DNA of 64,000 nt. It comes from Chiloscyllium plagiosum (lineage: Eukaryota). Below, piece by piece: positions 37,904-50,000 of this stretch. Numbering within the stretch: position 1 is the first letter of the stretch; each line of letters opens with the position of its first letter. A program made the translations under genes and the position numbers. The notes beneath the pieces were generated by a model, which was not told the origin of the DNA, did not search any database, and worked only from the letters and a program-made list of their open reading frames with translations. The stretch covers positions 13,664,267 to 13,728,266 of the forward strand of contig NC_057751.1 of the NCBI RefSeq assembly GCF_004010195.1. Reading direction: 5' to 3'.

Positions 37904-38320
37904 TATAACCAGGAGACACCTGTACACACACAATATGGGGGGGAGGGGGGTTAGAAAATATGCAGGAGATTTTAAAAAGGGGAAAAAAATAACCAAACAA
38001 ATAATAAAATAAACAGGAGGTTTAGAATCTCCTCAGTTTAGGGCACTGACTCTGTGCTGGCTGGTGCTACAGTCAGTGTGTTCCTGCTGTTGAAGAGGGG
38101 GAGAGTCTCTTTGTCTTTTTGCTCCCCCACCCCCTTTGTTTAGGGAAGATATTTGTTTTTTTGGGAGTTTCTGTGTTGTTTGTTTGTATTTTTTAAAGAA
38201 AAGATATATAACCAGGAGAGGAAAAAAATATAAAACAGGAGATTTAGAATCTCCTCAGAGAAAAAAAAATAACCAGGAGATGAGAATCTCCTTAGGTGAG
38301 GACTGACTCTGGGCTAGTGC
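37904..38320 (+). repeat. Cluster of A-tract + ACCAGGAGATTTAGAATCTCCTCAG hairpin motifs (unclassified)
   Basis: Complete or partial copies at ~37904, 37961, 38010, 38208, 38231 and 38270, plus an outlier at ~38745. Confidence 0.75.
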
Positions 38321-40777
38321 AGAAAAACAAAGGAAAAACAAAGAAAACAGCATCCAGATAAGGCAACATACATATTAATTGGGTGACTGTTACAATCAGC
38401 GAATGTTAATAGTAGAGATTAAGCCTTCTCCTGTAATATAATCAATGTTCTTAACCTTGTTAACTGGCTTCACATAATGATACCTTTCCCCTTGTTAAAC
38501 TGACCTTACATACTGTATGCTTCCAATATTATGAAATGGCAATACATAATGACTGCTTTTCCACATTGTTAACTCATTATCCTTGCCTCCAGCACCCCAC
38601 AGTTAATTGTATGTTCTTATCTGTTCTGAGTCATGCTCAGCTGAACCTCATTTCACAAAACTCTTTCCGACCTGCTCATACCCAATACACATTCTCAAAA
38701 CCAGAAGATTTTTTTTACTGAAGAGATTCTAAAGAAAAGAAATGTATAACCAGGAAATGTACAATCCCCTCAGTTGACAATTGTCTTGAAAAGTACTTTG
38801 TCCTCATCTGAGTTTTGAAACTACCTCATCTCACTCTATATCTGTGACCTCTTGTTTGAGACTGTCCCACAAGGGGGAAACATCTGTTCAATGTCCACTT
38901 TATCAAACTGTTTAGCATTTTACAAACCTCGGTCAGATCCCTTCTCATTCTTTCTGAACTCCAATGAGTAGAAGCCCAAGCCAAACTGCACCTCCTACAA
39001 TAGCCCTTTCACCCCTGGAATTAATCAGATGAACCTCCTCTGAACTGTCCCGCATGCAACCACATCCTTTCAAAATGGACACAAAACTCCAGATGTGGTC
39101 TCACCAACAGCTTACATAATTATAACAACACTACTTTACTTTTATAATCTAGTCCTTTTGCAATAAATGCCAAGGAGTTCATTTGTCTTTCTTGTTATAT
39201 GTCCTAACCGCATTGCCACTTTGTGATTCACGCTCAAAACTATCCAGGTCGAACTGCACCAATGCACTTGGAATCTGCTTCCCATTTAAATCACAATTTA
39301 CCCTCGTATTTTTGAGCAATACGGACATTTTCACACAGAGTGGGTTGTATGTGGAATGAATTGCCAGAGGAAGTGCTGGATGCAGGTACAGTTACAACCT
39401 GTAAAAGACATTTGGGCAGATAGGGAAGGTTTAGAGAGAAATTAGACAAACAGACAATGGGTTGAGTTTAGTGTGGGAAACCTGGTCAGCACAGATGAGT
39501 TGAACTGAAGAGCTTGTTTCCATGCTATCTGACTCAATGACTCTGACAACCTCACCCTTATTCACATCAAACTCCATCTGTCAGATGCTGGCCCATTCTC
39601 CTCACCTATGAATATCCAGCTGTAATTTTCTATCCTCAACGCAGTCTGCTTACCCACTTAATTTAAGGGGAAGTTTAAAATGAGATGTGAGAACCACATT
39701 TTCCACAAAAAGGGTGGGGAGTGCCTGAAACACACCAGAGTTGGTGGTAGAAGCAGATACAACAGCAGTATTCTAAAAGCACCTGGACTAATACGTGAAT
39801 AGGGAGGGATACGGATCCTGTAAGAGAAGATAGTTTTCGTACGAAAGGGCAAAATAAGGCAGCACGGACCTGGAGCCAGAGGGACTGTTCCTGTGCTGTA
39901 ATGTTCTTTGTTGTATTATCCACTAATTTTGCTCTGTTACACTCTGTCCTTGTTTGCAAAGCTAACCTTCTGGGTCAGACTTCTATACCACAGCTGATTC
40001 AAGAGTGTCATCCAATTGTACCTCTCATAGAAAAGTCAATATGTGAAGATTTATAGCCATAAATGGGAGAAATAATCTTGTATAGGGACCTCAGACAAAT
40101 TATTTTTCCCAGCACTTATTCACTGAATAACTCATACACAAATTCAACAGTAAAATTGGTCCAATAAAATCTTAAGTGTTGTTCTTCAGCAGATTGAAAG
40201 AGCTGCAACAGTAATCAAAATGCTGCAAGCAAACAATCATTTTGACACAGCTTGAATGGGATATTTTCTCATGGACAGGTCACCAATTGAAATCAGAAGT
40301 TGAAACTTCTGTACATGTTCATAAGATTCACAGGAACACGAAAAAACAAAAAGCCAATGCCTTTCATAATTGTATGAAAAAGGGAATAAATAGGCTTTAT
40401 TTTGGGAGCTTATGGTTAATATCACAATGCAAGCTAATTGTATGATGGGCTTAGTCTGATATCTCTCGTCCCTGGGGGATTGAAGAAACTCATGAACAGG
40501 CCCACGTTAAGAGTCGTAAGAATGAACCAATGAACCAGAACTTCACGTTGCTGCATACAGGATTTTGGTCAGCTTTGGCCAGCAATACTAAAGTCAGAAA
40601 AGTAAAAGGTAAGAAGGAGTTCAGGAGCACCACATAGCTGTTTTGTGATTTTTACAATGAAATGCCAGCTTCTCGTTTAGAATCTGATTAGAAATTGATT
40701 TTTATGGTGAATGATTTGCCTCACACTTGATATGCACTCATGATCTTTGGTTGAATACCTCCCAGTTGTTAGGATCA

Positions 40778-41112
40778 TAGAGTCACAGATGTACAACACG
40801 GAAACAGTCCCTTCGGTCCAACCCGTCCTTGCCGACCAGATATCCCAACCCAATCTAGTCCCAACTGCCAGCACCCGGCCCATATCCCTTCAACCCTTCC
40901 TATTCATATACCCATCCAGATGCCTTTTAAATGTTGCAATTGTAGCAGCCTCCACCACTTCCTCAGGCAGCTCATTCCATACACGTACCACCCTCTGCGT
41001 GAAAAAGTTGTCCCTTAGGTCTCTTTTATATCTTTCCCCTCTCACCCTCAACCTATACCCTCTAGTTCTGGACCCACCCAAAGGAAAAGACCTTGTCTAT
41101 TTAACCCATGCA
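40778..41112 (-). mobile_element. CR1 LINE 3' end ~50 bp from the AP3M2 exon 1 donor
   Basis: GYRLRVRGERYKRDLRDNFFTQRVVRVWNELPEEVVEA. Confidence 0.9.
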
Positions 41113-41164
41113 TGCCGCTCGTGTTCCCCGAAAGAAGGACATGGTTTAATAACTTCCCACTGAC

Positions 41165-41437
41165 CTGAAACGTGTCAACCACCCGATGGAGAAACTCGAT
41201 GACAAACAGCGGCGGCACCTCACTCTGGATCACAGCCACGAAGAAGATGCGATCCCGGTAGACGCTGATTAAGAAATGATGCGGAGTCGGGATGACGGGG
41301 GGCACATTCTCCGACTCGCTCGCCTTCTCTTGCGCCTCGAAGAAGTAATCGCAAACCGACCGGCTCACCACACTCTTCCAGTGCTTCTCCAGGAAGATGT
41401 CCCCAGAGGAGTTGATGAGGAACAAGCTGTGGATCAT
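41165..41437 (-). CDS. AP3M2: AP3M2 coding exon 1: MIHSLFLINSSGDIFLEKHWKSVVSRSVCDYFFEAQ...FVIEFLHRVVDTFQ
   Basis: ATG at 41437-41435, GTCAGT donor at 41164, 273 nt, CpG-rich. Confidence 0.97.
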
Positions 41438-41499
41438 AATTCCGGCCGAGGTTACCCGGTGCGAGTGGTGCAGTTCAGTCTGCAGCCAGCTCTGCACCG

Positions 41500-41650
41500 C
41501 TGAGTCCCCAACTTCCGCCTCTCCAATCGCTTCCGGGATCTCCTGCCGTCTCATTGGCCAATCCCCCACTAACACCGCCCCTTTCTTCAACTCGACGGCC
41601 AGTGATTGGAGGATGACGAGTGCACTCTCACTTGTCAGCGATTGGACAAG
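41500..41650 (-). promoter_or_regulatory. AP3M2 CpG-island promoter with CCAAT boxes, a GC box and ETS-like sites
   Basis: CCAAT 41523-27; ATTGGCCAAT palindrome 41553-62; ATTGG 41605-09 and 41641-45; CCGCCC 41575-80; ACTTCCG 41511 and CTTCCGG 41530. Confidence 0.7.
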
Positions 41651-41696
41651 CTTCTGTGCTCCCATTCAATGGTCAGTGGTCACACGAGGGGATTGC

Positions 41697-42052
41697 TGTG
41701 GAGGAGCCGGTGTTGGACTGGGGTGGACCAAGTTAAAAATCACACAACATCAGGTTATAGTCCAACAGGTTCATTTGGGAGCACTAAGCTTTTTTCGGAG
41801 CGCTGCTCCTTTATCAGATGGCTGTGGAATACAAGATCCTGTTTTGATTAGATTCCCTACAGGATGGAAACAGGCCCTTCGGTCCAACAAGTCCACACTG
41901 ACCCTCCGAAGAGTAACCCACCCAGACCCATTCCCCTGTATTTACTCCTGACGAATGCACCGAACACTACTTGATGAAGGAGCAGCGCTCCGAAAGCGAG
42001 TTCTTTCAATTAAATCTGTTGGACTATTACCTGGTGTTGTGTGATTTTTAAC
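41697..42052. mobile_element. Palindromic Penelope pLTR (family C) with a SINE 3' fragment in its centre, abutting the AP3M2 promoter
   Basis: Inverted arms GTTAAAAATCACACAAC...GGAGCGCTGCTCCTT / TGATGAAGGAGCAGCGCTCCGAAAGC...GTGTGATTTTTAAC; HE1 3' end at ~41845-41970 (-). Confidence 0.75.
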
Positions 42053-42069
42053 AATGGGCAATTTAGCAG

Positions 42070-43235
42070 GTTTAGATTAGAGTGGTGCTGGAAAAGCACA
42101 GCACATCAGGCAGCATCCAAGAAGCAGGAAAATCAACATTTCGGGGAAAAGCCTTTCATCAGGAATAGAGGCAGGGAGAGATAATTTGGGGCGGGTGGGG
42201 CTGCGGAGAAGGTAGCAAAGAGTACAATAGGTGAATGAGGGTGGGGATGGAGGTGATAGGTCAGACGAGAGGGTGGAGCGGACAGGTGGGAAGGGAGATT
42301 GGCAGGTAGGACAGGTCATGAGGACGGTGCTGAGCTGGAAGGTTGGAACTGAGGTAAGGTGGGGGGGAGGGGAAATGAGGAAACTGGTGAAGTCCACATT
42401 GATGCCAAGGGGTTGAAGTGTTCCGAGGCGGAAAATGGGGTGTTCTTCCTCCAGGCGCGGGTGGTGAGGGAGCAGCAGTGGAGGAGGCCCAGAGCCTGCA
42501 TGTCCTCGGCAGAGTGGGAGGGGGAGTTAAAATGTTGGGCCGCTGGGCAATGTGGTTGATTGGTGCGAGTGTCCCGGAGATGTTCCCAAAAGCGCTCTGC
42601 GAGGAGGCATCCAGTCTCCCCAATGTAGAGGAGACCGCATCGGGAGCAACGGATACAATAAATGACATTGGTGGATGTGCAAGTGAAACTTTGATGCATG
42701 TGGAAGGCTCCTTTGGGGCCTTGGATGGAGGTGAGGGAGGAGGTGATGGTGCAGGTTTTGCAATTCCTGCAGTGGCAGAGGAGGGTGTCAGGATGGGAGG
42801 TTGTTAGGGGGCGTGGACCTGACCAGGTCGTCATGGAGGGAACGTGGAACGTGGAAAGGGGTGGGGAGGGAAATACATCTCTAGTGGTGGGGTCCGTTTG
42901 GAAGTGGCAGAATTGTCAGCAGATGATGCAGTTTATGCGAAGGTTGGTAGGTTGGAAAGTGACGACCGGGGGAGTCCTGTCCTTGTTATGGTTGGAGGGG
43001 GGGGTTTGAGGTGCGGGATGTGGATGAGATGTGTTGGAAGGCACCTTCAATCACGTGGGAAGGGAAGTTGCAGTCTCGAAAGAAGGAGGCCGTCTAGTGT
43101 GTTCTGTGGTGGAACTGGTCCTCCTGGGAGCAGATACAGCGAAAGCGAAGGAATTGGGAATATGGGATGGCATTTTTGCAGGAGGTGGGTGGGAAGAGGT
43201 GTAATCTAGGTAGCTGTGGGAGTCGGTGGGATTGT
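42070..43235 (-). mobile_element. Penelope-like element (family B, Neptune-like) 3' half with GIY-YIG and pLTR
   Basis: CHCRNCKTC...FTCTSTNVIYCIRCSRCGLLYIGETG..LAERF.EHL (Cys-rich linker followed by GIY-YIG). Confidence 0.9.
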
Positions 43236-43239
43236 AAAA

Positions 43240-43410
43240 TTGGCAATTTAGCACGACCAATTCACCTGGCCTATACATGTTTGGACTGTGGGAGGAAACC
43301 TACGCAGACATGGGGAGAATGTGCAAACTCCATACAGACAGTCACCTGAGGCAGGAATCAAACCCAGATCCTCTGCACTGTGGGATAGCAGTACTAACCA
43401 CTGAGCCACC
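43240..43410 (-). mobile_element. HE1-type SINE fragment followed by an inverted pLTR piece (43437-43550)
   Basis: Reverse-complement tRNA head (ACCACTGAGCCACC) and V-domain. Confidence 0.8.
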
Positions 43411-43943
43411 TGAGAACAGCCTTCCTGAGAACCACTGGCTTTTGCCCGAAATGTCAATTTTCCTGCTCCTTGGATCCTGCCTGCACCTGCTGTGCTTTTC
43501 CAGTGCCCAAACTCTCGACTCTAATCTCTGCAGTCCTCACTTTCTCCTTCCTGAGAACCACCACCCATCCACGATGAAGCCGTTACTCTAGCACCTTTCC
43601 CTATTTCATTCAATGTAATGAAACAATGGGAGATGCGTTCACAATCCAAGACTGGTCGTACCAAGATAGAAAATAAACACAACACACAATTTTTTCCACG
43701 TTCTCCAGTGACTTGGTAACCAGGTAAAGAGGACGTGCTTTGCTTCCCTTACCAATGTGCACCCCCCCACACACACACATCCCCCAATGCTGTAAAATGA
43801 AGTGGTTGGAATTTCTTTCTTTTTTGCAAATCAATTTCCTCTGTCACTCATGTCAACTTGTTCCGCCCCCTGAAAAGGACCAGTTGTGTCGTGACTTGTC
43901 TTGTCACAGAAAACCTCCAAACTTGACAGCACCAAAGCTAATT

Positions 43944-44260
43944 GGGATGGCATGGTGGCTCAGTGGTTAGTACTGCTGCCTCACAGCACCCAGGACCTGG
44001 GTTTGATTCCCACATCGGGTGACTGTGTGGAGTTTGCACATTCTCCCCGTGTCTGCATGGGTTTGCTCCGGTTTCCTCCCACAGTCCAAAGATGTGCAGG
44101 TCAGGTGAATTGGCCATGTTAAATTGCCCATAGTGTTAGGTGCATTAGTCAGGGGTAAATGTAGGGGAATGAGTCCAAGTGGGTTTTCTTTGAAGGATTG
44201 GTGTGGACCTGTTGGGCCAAAGGGCCTGTTTCCATACTGTAGGGAATCTAATCCAATCAA
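43944..44260 (+). mobile_element. HE1-type SINE, full length
   Basis: A and B boxes, V-domain, CR1-like tail with AATCT repeats. Confidence 0.9.
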
Positions 44261-45139
44261 TGCTGAAAATCTGAAAGGTAAGCAAAACATGGCAGGGAGG
44301 ATCCAACAATCCAGGCAGCATCTGCGAAGGGAAACAAATTTAAAGGTTGAGATTTCCTCTCAGCTGATTTCTCCAGTTCTCATTGAGCGTCATGTTCACA
44401 TAGAACGTGAACTCTTTGGAGAGATATCAACTGGCCTGCCAAGTCTTTCCAGCAGTTTTCCTGACCTCAAAGTTCCAGAGAATGGAAAAATAGGCTTTCC
44501 TCTTGTTGATCACACAGCCCGCAACGATTTCGACTGCTCGGCAAAAAGAAACATTATTCAGGATTGGTACGGCTGAAACAAATTAATTGTTCACTCTTTA
44601 AAAGGAATATACTCAATCCAGAACTATTTGAAATGGGCAGAGGGTCTTGCAGTACAGAATGTCGGGATTTCTCTGAACAGATTGATTAAAAATTCCTGTT
44701 TGATCGAAAGCTTTACTGCCTCCTGGCAGTGTACACCTTTGAGATCAAGGAAGAGGCACCATTGTTTGTTATAGTCATCATTCCATCGGAAATGCAACAA
44801 CCAGACACTGCCACAGCCAAAGACCCTTGCCAACCCAGAATGTTCATGCACTGGTGTGTGAAGTGGGCATAGTAGGTGCAACTATCCAGCAAATCTCTAA
44901 CGGGGGTAAGGGTTGCAGGACATTGATTCTGGTGCTCACCTTCCAGCTGGTACACCTGCCAAAGTACAGTAATGGCTGGAACTGGGCAGTTGTTCAGGCA
45001 TCAGTAAAACATAAAGTATCATTTGGATTTGATAGTCAAACTCCACAGACTCCCTTGCAAATTGACTATGAAATTTTATACAAGTAAGCCTGCTCAAGCT
45101 TCAGACCTGCCAGGTTAGTGGGTGTCTCACTGCGTCATG

Positions 45140-47070
45140 GAGTCATAAGCATGAAAACAGACCCTTTGGTCCAACTAGTTCACACTGACCATGTTTCCAA
45201 ACTAAATTAGTCCCACCTGCCTGCTCCTGGCCCATATCCCTCTAATCGTTTCCTAATCATACACTTATCCAAATGTCTTTTAAATGTTGTAACGATACGC
45301 TCATCCACTACATCCTCTGGAGGTTCATTCCACACACCCACCACTCTGTGTCAAAATGTTGCCCCTCTTGTCCTTTTTAAACGTTTCTCCTCTCACCTTA
45401 AAAAGTGGTCCCCTAGTTTTGAACTCCTGCACCTTAGGGAAAAGACATTTGCTATTCACCTTACCATGCCCTCATGATTTTATAAACCTCGATAAGATCA
45501 TCGCTCAACCTCCTATGCTTCAATTAACAGATTCCCAGCCTATTTTTATAACTCAAACCCTCCATTCCTGGCAATATCCTGGTAAACCTTTTCTGAACCG
45601 CTCCAGTTCAGTAATATCCCTCCCGAAACAGGGCGGCCAGAACGGACACAGTACTCCACAGAGGCCTCATCAAGTCCTACATAACCTCAGCATGACATCC
45701 TAACTCATATACTCAAAGGTCTGAACAGTGAGGCCAATCATCATTACCATAGAATCCCTTCAGTGTGGAAACAGGCTCTTTGCCCCGACAGGTCCACATT
45801 GACCCTCCGAAGAGTAACCCACCCAGACCCATTCCCTGTATTTACCCCTGATTAATGCACCTAATCTACACATACCTGAGCACTATGGATAATTTAGCAC
45901 AGCCAATTCACCTAAGCTGCACATTTTTGGATTGGATTGTGGGAAGAAAGCGGAGCACCCGGAGGAAACCCTCACAGACACGGGGAGAATGTGCAAACTC
46001 CACACATCAGTTGCCTGAGGCTGGAATCGAACCTGCGACCCTGGTGCTGAGAGGCAGCGGTGCTAACCACTGAGCCACTGTGCAGTCCCCAGTGTACTAA
46101 ACAACTTCATAACCATTCTGTCTACCTGTGATGCATATTTCAAAGAATCATGTATCTGAACCCCATGGTCTCTCTGTTCTATAACACTAGCCAGGGGCCT
46201 ACCAACAATCATTTAAGTCCTGCCCTTGTTTGTTTTATCAAAATGCAATATTTCACATACATGCAAATTAAACACCATCTGTCACTCCTCGGCCCTTTGA
46301 CCCAATTGATCAAGATCTCTGTTATCTTAGATAACCTTCTTTGCTGTCCACTTTACCAGCAATTTTGGTGTCATTCACAAATTTACTAATCATGGTTCCC
46401 ATATTCTCATCCGAATCATTTATATAAAAGACCAACAAAAGTGGACCCATACTACTGATTCGTATGGAACATCGCTGATCACTGGCATCCAGTCCAAAAA
46501 ACACCCCTCCACCACCACCCTTTGTCTCCGACCGTAAAATTAATTTTGTAATTGGCAAGCTCACCCTCAATCCCATGTGATCTAATTTTACGAATTAGTC
46601 TACCATGCGGAATCTTACCAAAGGCTTTACAAAAGTCCAAGTAAACAGCATCTACTGCTCTGACCTCATCAATCTTTGTGGTTAATTCTTCAAAAAAAAA
46701 CAAACAAGTTTGTGAGACATGGTTTCCCTCATATGAAACAATACTGACTATTCCTAATCGTTCTTTGCCTCTCCAAATGCATGTAAATCCTATCTTTCAG
46801 GATCACATCCAACAACACACCCACTAGCGATGTCAGACTCACAGGCCTACAGTTCCCAGCTCTCCTTATTAGTTTGCTTCAATAAAGGCACAACATTAGC
46901 CACCTTTCATTCCTCCGTGGTTATAGATAATACAAATGTATCTGCTCTGGGCCCTGAGTTTCCACAACATCCTAAAATACACTTGGTCAGGTCCTAGAGA
47001 TTTATCCACCTTAATGTTTTCTAAGACTGCCAGCAATTCCTCTTCTGTTATGTAAACTATTTTCAAAACA
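45140..47070 (-). mobile_element. CR1 LINE ORF2 3' portion interrupted by an HE1 SINE (~45750-46085, minus strand)
   Basis: FFEELT.KIDE.RAVDAVYLDFCKAFGKIPH, FYIND.D...ISKFVNDTKI. Confidence 0.88.
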
Positions 47071-47099
47071 TCAATAACTGTCTTTTTTAAGAGTAAGTA

Positions 47100-50000
47100 G
47101 AGTGGGTTCGTTTTGGTTATATGTTATATTGAGATCTGTCTCTTCAATAAAATTTAAAAATATAAAGCACAGGTAGTAAGTTAGCCTGGAGCAATGTTTT
47201 TTAGAGCAGTAAGATTGTACTGTTTTTAAGATTGTTAAGGTGCAAAGATGGCCTTTAAGAGAGTAGTGCACTATTCCTGTCAGATATGAGAGATGACGGA
47301 GAATTTTTACGTTACTGATGATTATGTCTGCAGTAAGTGTTTGGTTGCGAATCCAATCAGATCACATGGATTAGTTGGAGCGGCAAGTAGAAGAAATGAG
47401 GAATTTACAGGAATTAGAGGGTGTGATGCATGGCAGTAAAACAAAGGGAGAAAAAACGCAGATTAAGTCAGGTAGATGGATTACCACCAGGAAAGATAGG
47501 AGATGGAGATAGATAGTGCAGGAGTCTGCTGTGGCTATCCCCACCTCAAACAAGTATGCTGTTTTGGAAAATGTAGGGGGTGATGGACTCTCACAGGAAT
47601 GTAGCACGATCAGCCAAGTTTCTGGTTCTGAGACTGGCTCTAATGTAGTCAGGTAACGTCAGGTTCAAGACAATCAATTGTGATAGGGGACTTTCTAGTC
47701 AGAGACACAGACATTTCTGCAGCTGACAATATGAAATCATAATTGTGTGTTGCCTCTCTACTGCCAGGATCAAGGATGTCTTGGAGAGAGTTCAGAATAT
47801 TCTCAAAGGGGAGTGGGACCAGCAGGAGATCGTTGTACACATTGGAACTAATCTCATAGGAAGGGAAAAGGATGAGATAATGAAGGGGGAATATGGGAAG
47901 TTAGGTAGTAATTTAAATGAGGTCCTTCCTTGATTACTCCTGGTGCCACGAGGTAGTAAGGGTAGGAATAGGAAGATAGAGCAGATGAACACGTGGCTGA
48001 GGAGCTCATGCAGGGGAGAAGAGTCCATATTTTGGCATCATTGGAATCTCTTCTGGAGTAAAAATGACCTGTATAAGAAAGATGGATTGTACCTGAATTG
48101 GAAAGGGCCGAATATATTGGCAGGGAGATTTCCGAGAGCTGCTCGGGAGGATTTAAACTAGTTTAGGTGGGGGGACGGGACTCAGGGACATAGTGAGGAC
48201 AGAGATCAGTCTGAGACTGGTACATTTGGGAAAAGGAGCAAGTCAAACAGTCAGGGCAGGCAGGGACAAAGCAGAGAACGAGGTAGGATTGATCAATTAA
48301 ACTGCATTTATTTCAATGCAAGAAGCCAAACAGGGAAGGCAGATGAACTCAGGGTATGGCTCGGAACATGGGACTGGGATATCATAGCAAGTACAGAAAC
48401 ATGACTCAGGGATGGACAAGACTGGCAACTTAATGTTCCAGGATACACATGTGACCGGCAAGGATAGAAGGGGGAACAAGACAGCAGGGAGTGTGGCATT
48501 TTTGATAAAGGATAACATTACAGCTGTACTGAGGGAGAATATTCCTGGGATTTTGTCCAGGGAAGTTATTTGGGTGGAACTGAGAAATAAGAAAGGGATT
48601 GTTGAGATTGTACGATACTGTGCAGTTGTCAGCGGGAAATTGAGAAACAAATTTGTAAGGAGATCTAAGTTATCTGTAAGAATAATAGGGTGGTTATCAT
48701 AGGGGATTTTAACTTGCCTGACATAGACTGGGACTACCATAGTGTTAAGGGAGACGAATTTGCTAAGTGTGTATATGAATATCTTCTGATTCAGTATGTG
48801 GACGTACCTAATAGAGAAGGTGCAAAACTTGACCTACTCTTGGGAAATAAGGCAGGGCAAGTGACTGAGGTGTCAGTGGGGGAGCACTTTGGGGCCAGTG
48901 ACCATAGTTCTATTAGTTTTAAAATAGTGATGGAAAAGGATAGACCAGATCTAAGAGTTATAGTTCTAAATTGAATGAAGGCCAACTTTGACTGTATTAG
49001 GCAAGAACTTACAAAAGTTGATTAGGTGCATATGTTCACAGGTAAAGGGATGGCTGGAAAATGGGAAGCCTTCAAAAGTGAGATATCGAGAATCCAGAGA
49101 CAGTATGCTCCTGTTAGGGTGAAAGGTAAGGCTAGTAGGTGTACGGCACATTGAATGACTAGAGAAATTGAGGTTGTGGTCAAGAAAAAGAAGGAAGCAC
49201 ATGTCAGGTATAGACAGGATAGATTGAGTAAATCCTTGGAAGAGTATAAAGGCAGTAGGAGTATACTTAAGAGGAAATTTGGGAGAGCAAAAAGGGGACA
49301 TGAGATACCTTTGACAAATAGAGTTAAGGAGAATCCAAAGGGATTTTATAAATACATTAAGGACAAAAAGGTAACTAGGGAGAGAATAGGACCCCTCAAA
49401 GATCAGCAAGGCAGCCTTTGTGAGGAACTGCAGGAGATGGGGGATATATTAAATGAGTATTTTGCAAAAGTGTTTACTGTGGAGAAGGATGCAGGAGATA
49501 TAGACTGTAGGGAAATAGATGGTGATATATTGAAAAATATCCATATTACAGAGGAGGAAGTGCTGGATGTCTTGAAATGCATAAAAGTGGATAAATCCCC
49601 AGAACCTGATCAGGTGTACTCTAGAACTCCATGGGAAGGTAGCGAAGTGGTTGCTGGACCCCTCACTGAAATATTTGTAACTTCGATAGTCACGGGTAAG
49701 GTGCTGGAAGACTGGAGGTTGGTTAACTTGGTGCCACTATTTAAGAAAGGCGGTAAGGAAAAGCCAGGGAACTATAGACCGGTGAGCCTGACATCGGTGG
49801 TGGGCAAGTTGTTGGAGAGAATCCCAAGGGCGGTGTGGACTTGTTGGGCCGAAGGGCCTGTTTCCACACTGTAAGTAATCTAATCTAACTTGATTGAGTT
49901 TTTGAAGAAGTAACAAAGAGGATTGATGAGGGCAGAGCTGTGGACATGATCGACATGGACTTCAGTAAGGCATTCGACAAGATTCCTCATGTGACACTGT

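Larger units (their letters stand above)
7045..41437 (-). other. AP3M2: AP-3 complex subunit mu-2 gene span: 8 coding exons of 273+172+138+86+134+208+145+101 = 1257 nt, 418 aa
   Basis: The spliced frame is continuous with no stops and all introns are GT-AG. Residues INSSG, VVSRS, IPTP, RVVDTF, STNVG, SVVPWRRTG and CVKLTG match mu3B (AP3M2) rather than mu3A (AP3M1), from recalled sequences. Confidence 0.93.

Noticed and set aside
41438..41665. 76-codon in-frame N-terminal extension of AP3M2 (ORF 41048-41665)
   Set aside because: It runs through the CCAAT/GC promoter elements, so it is probably upstream of the TSS. The conserved mu3 N-terminus begins at MIHSLF, and GC-rich DNA often lacks stops.
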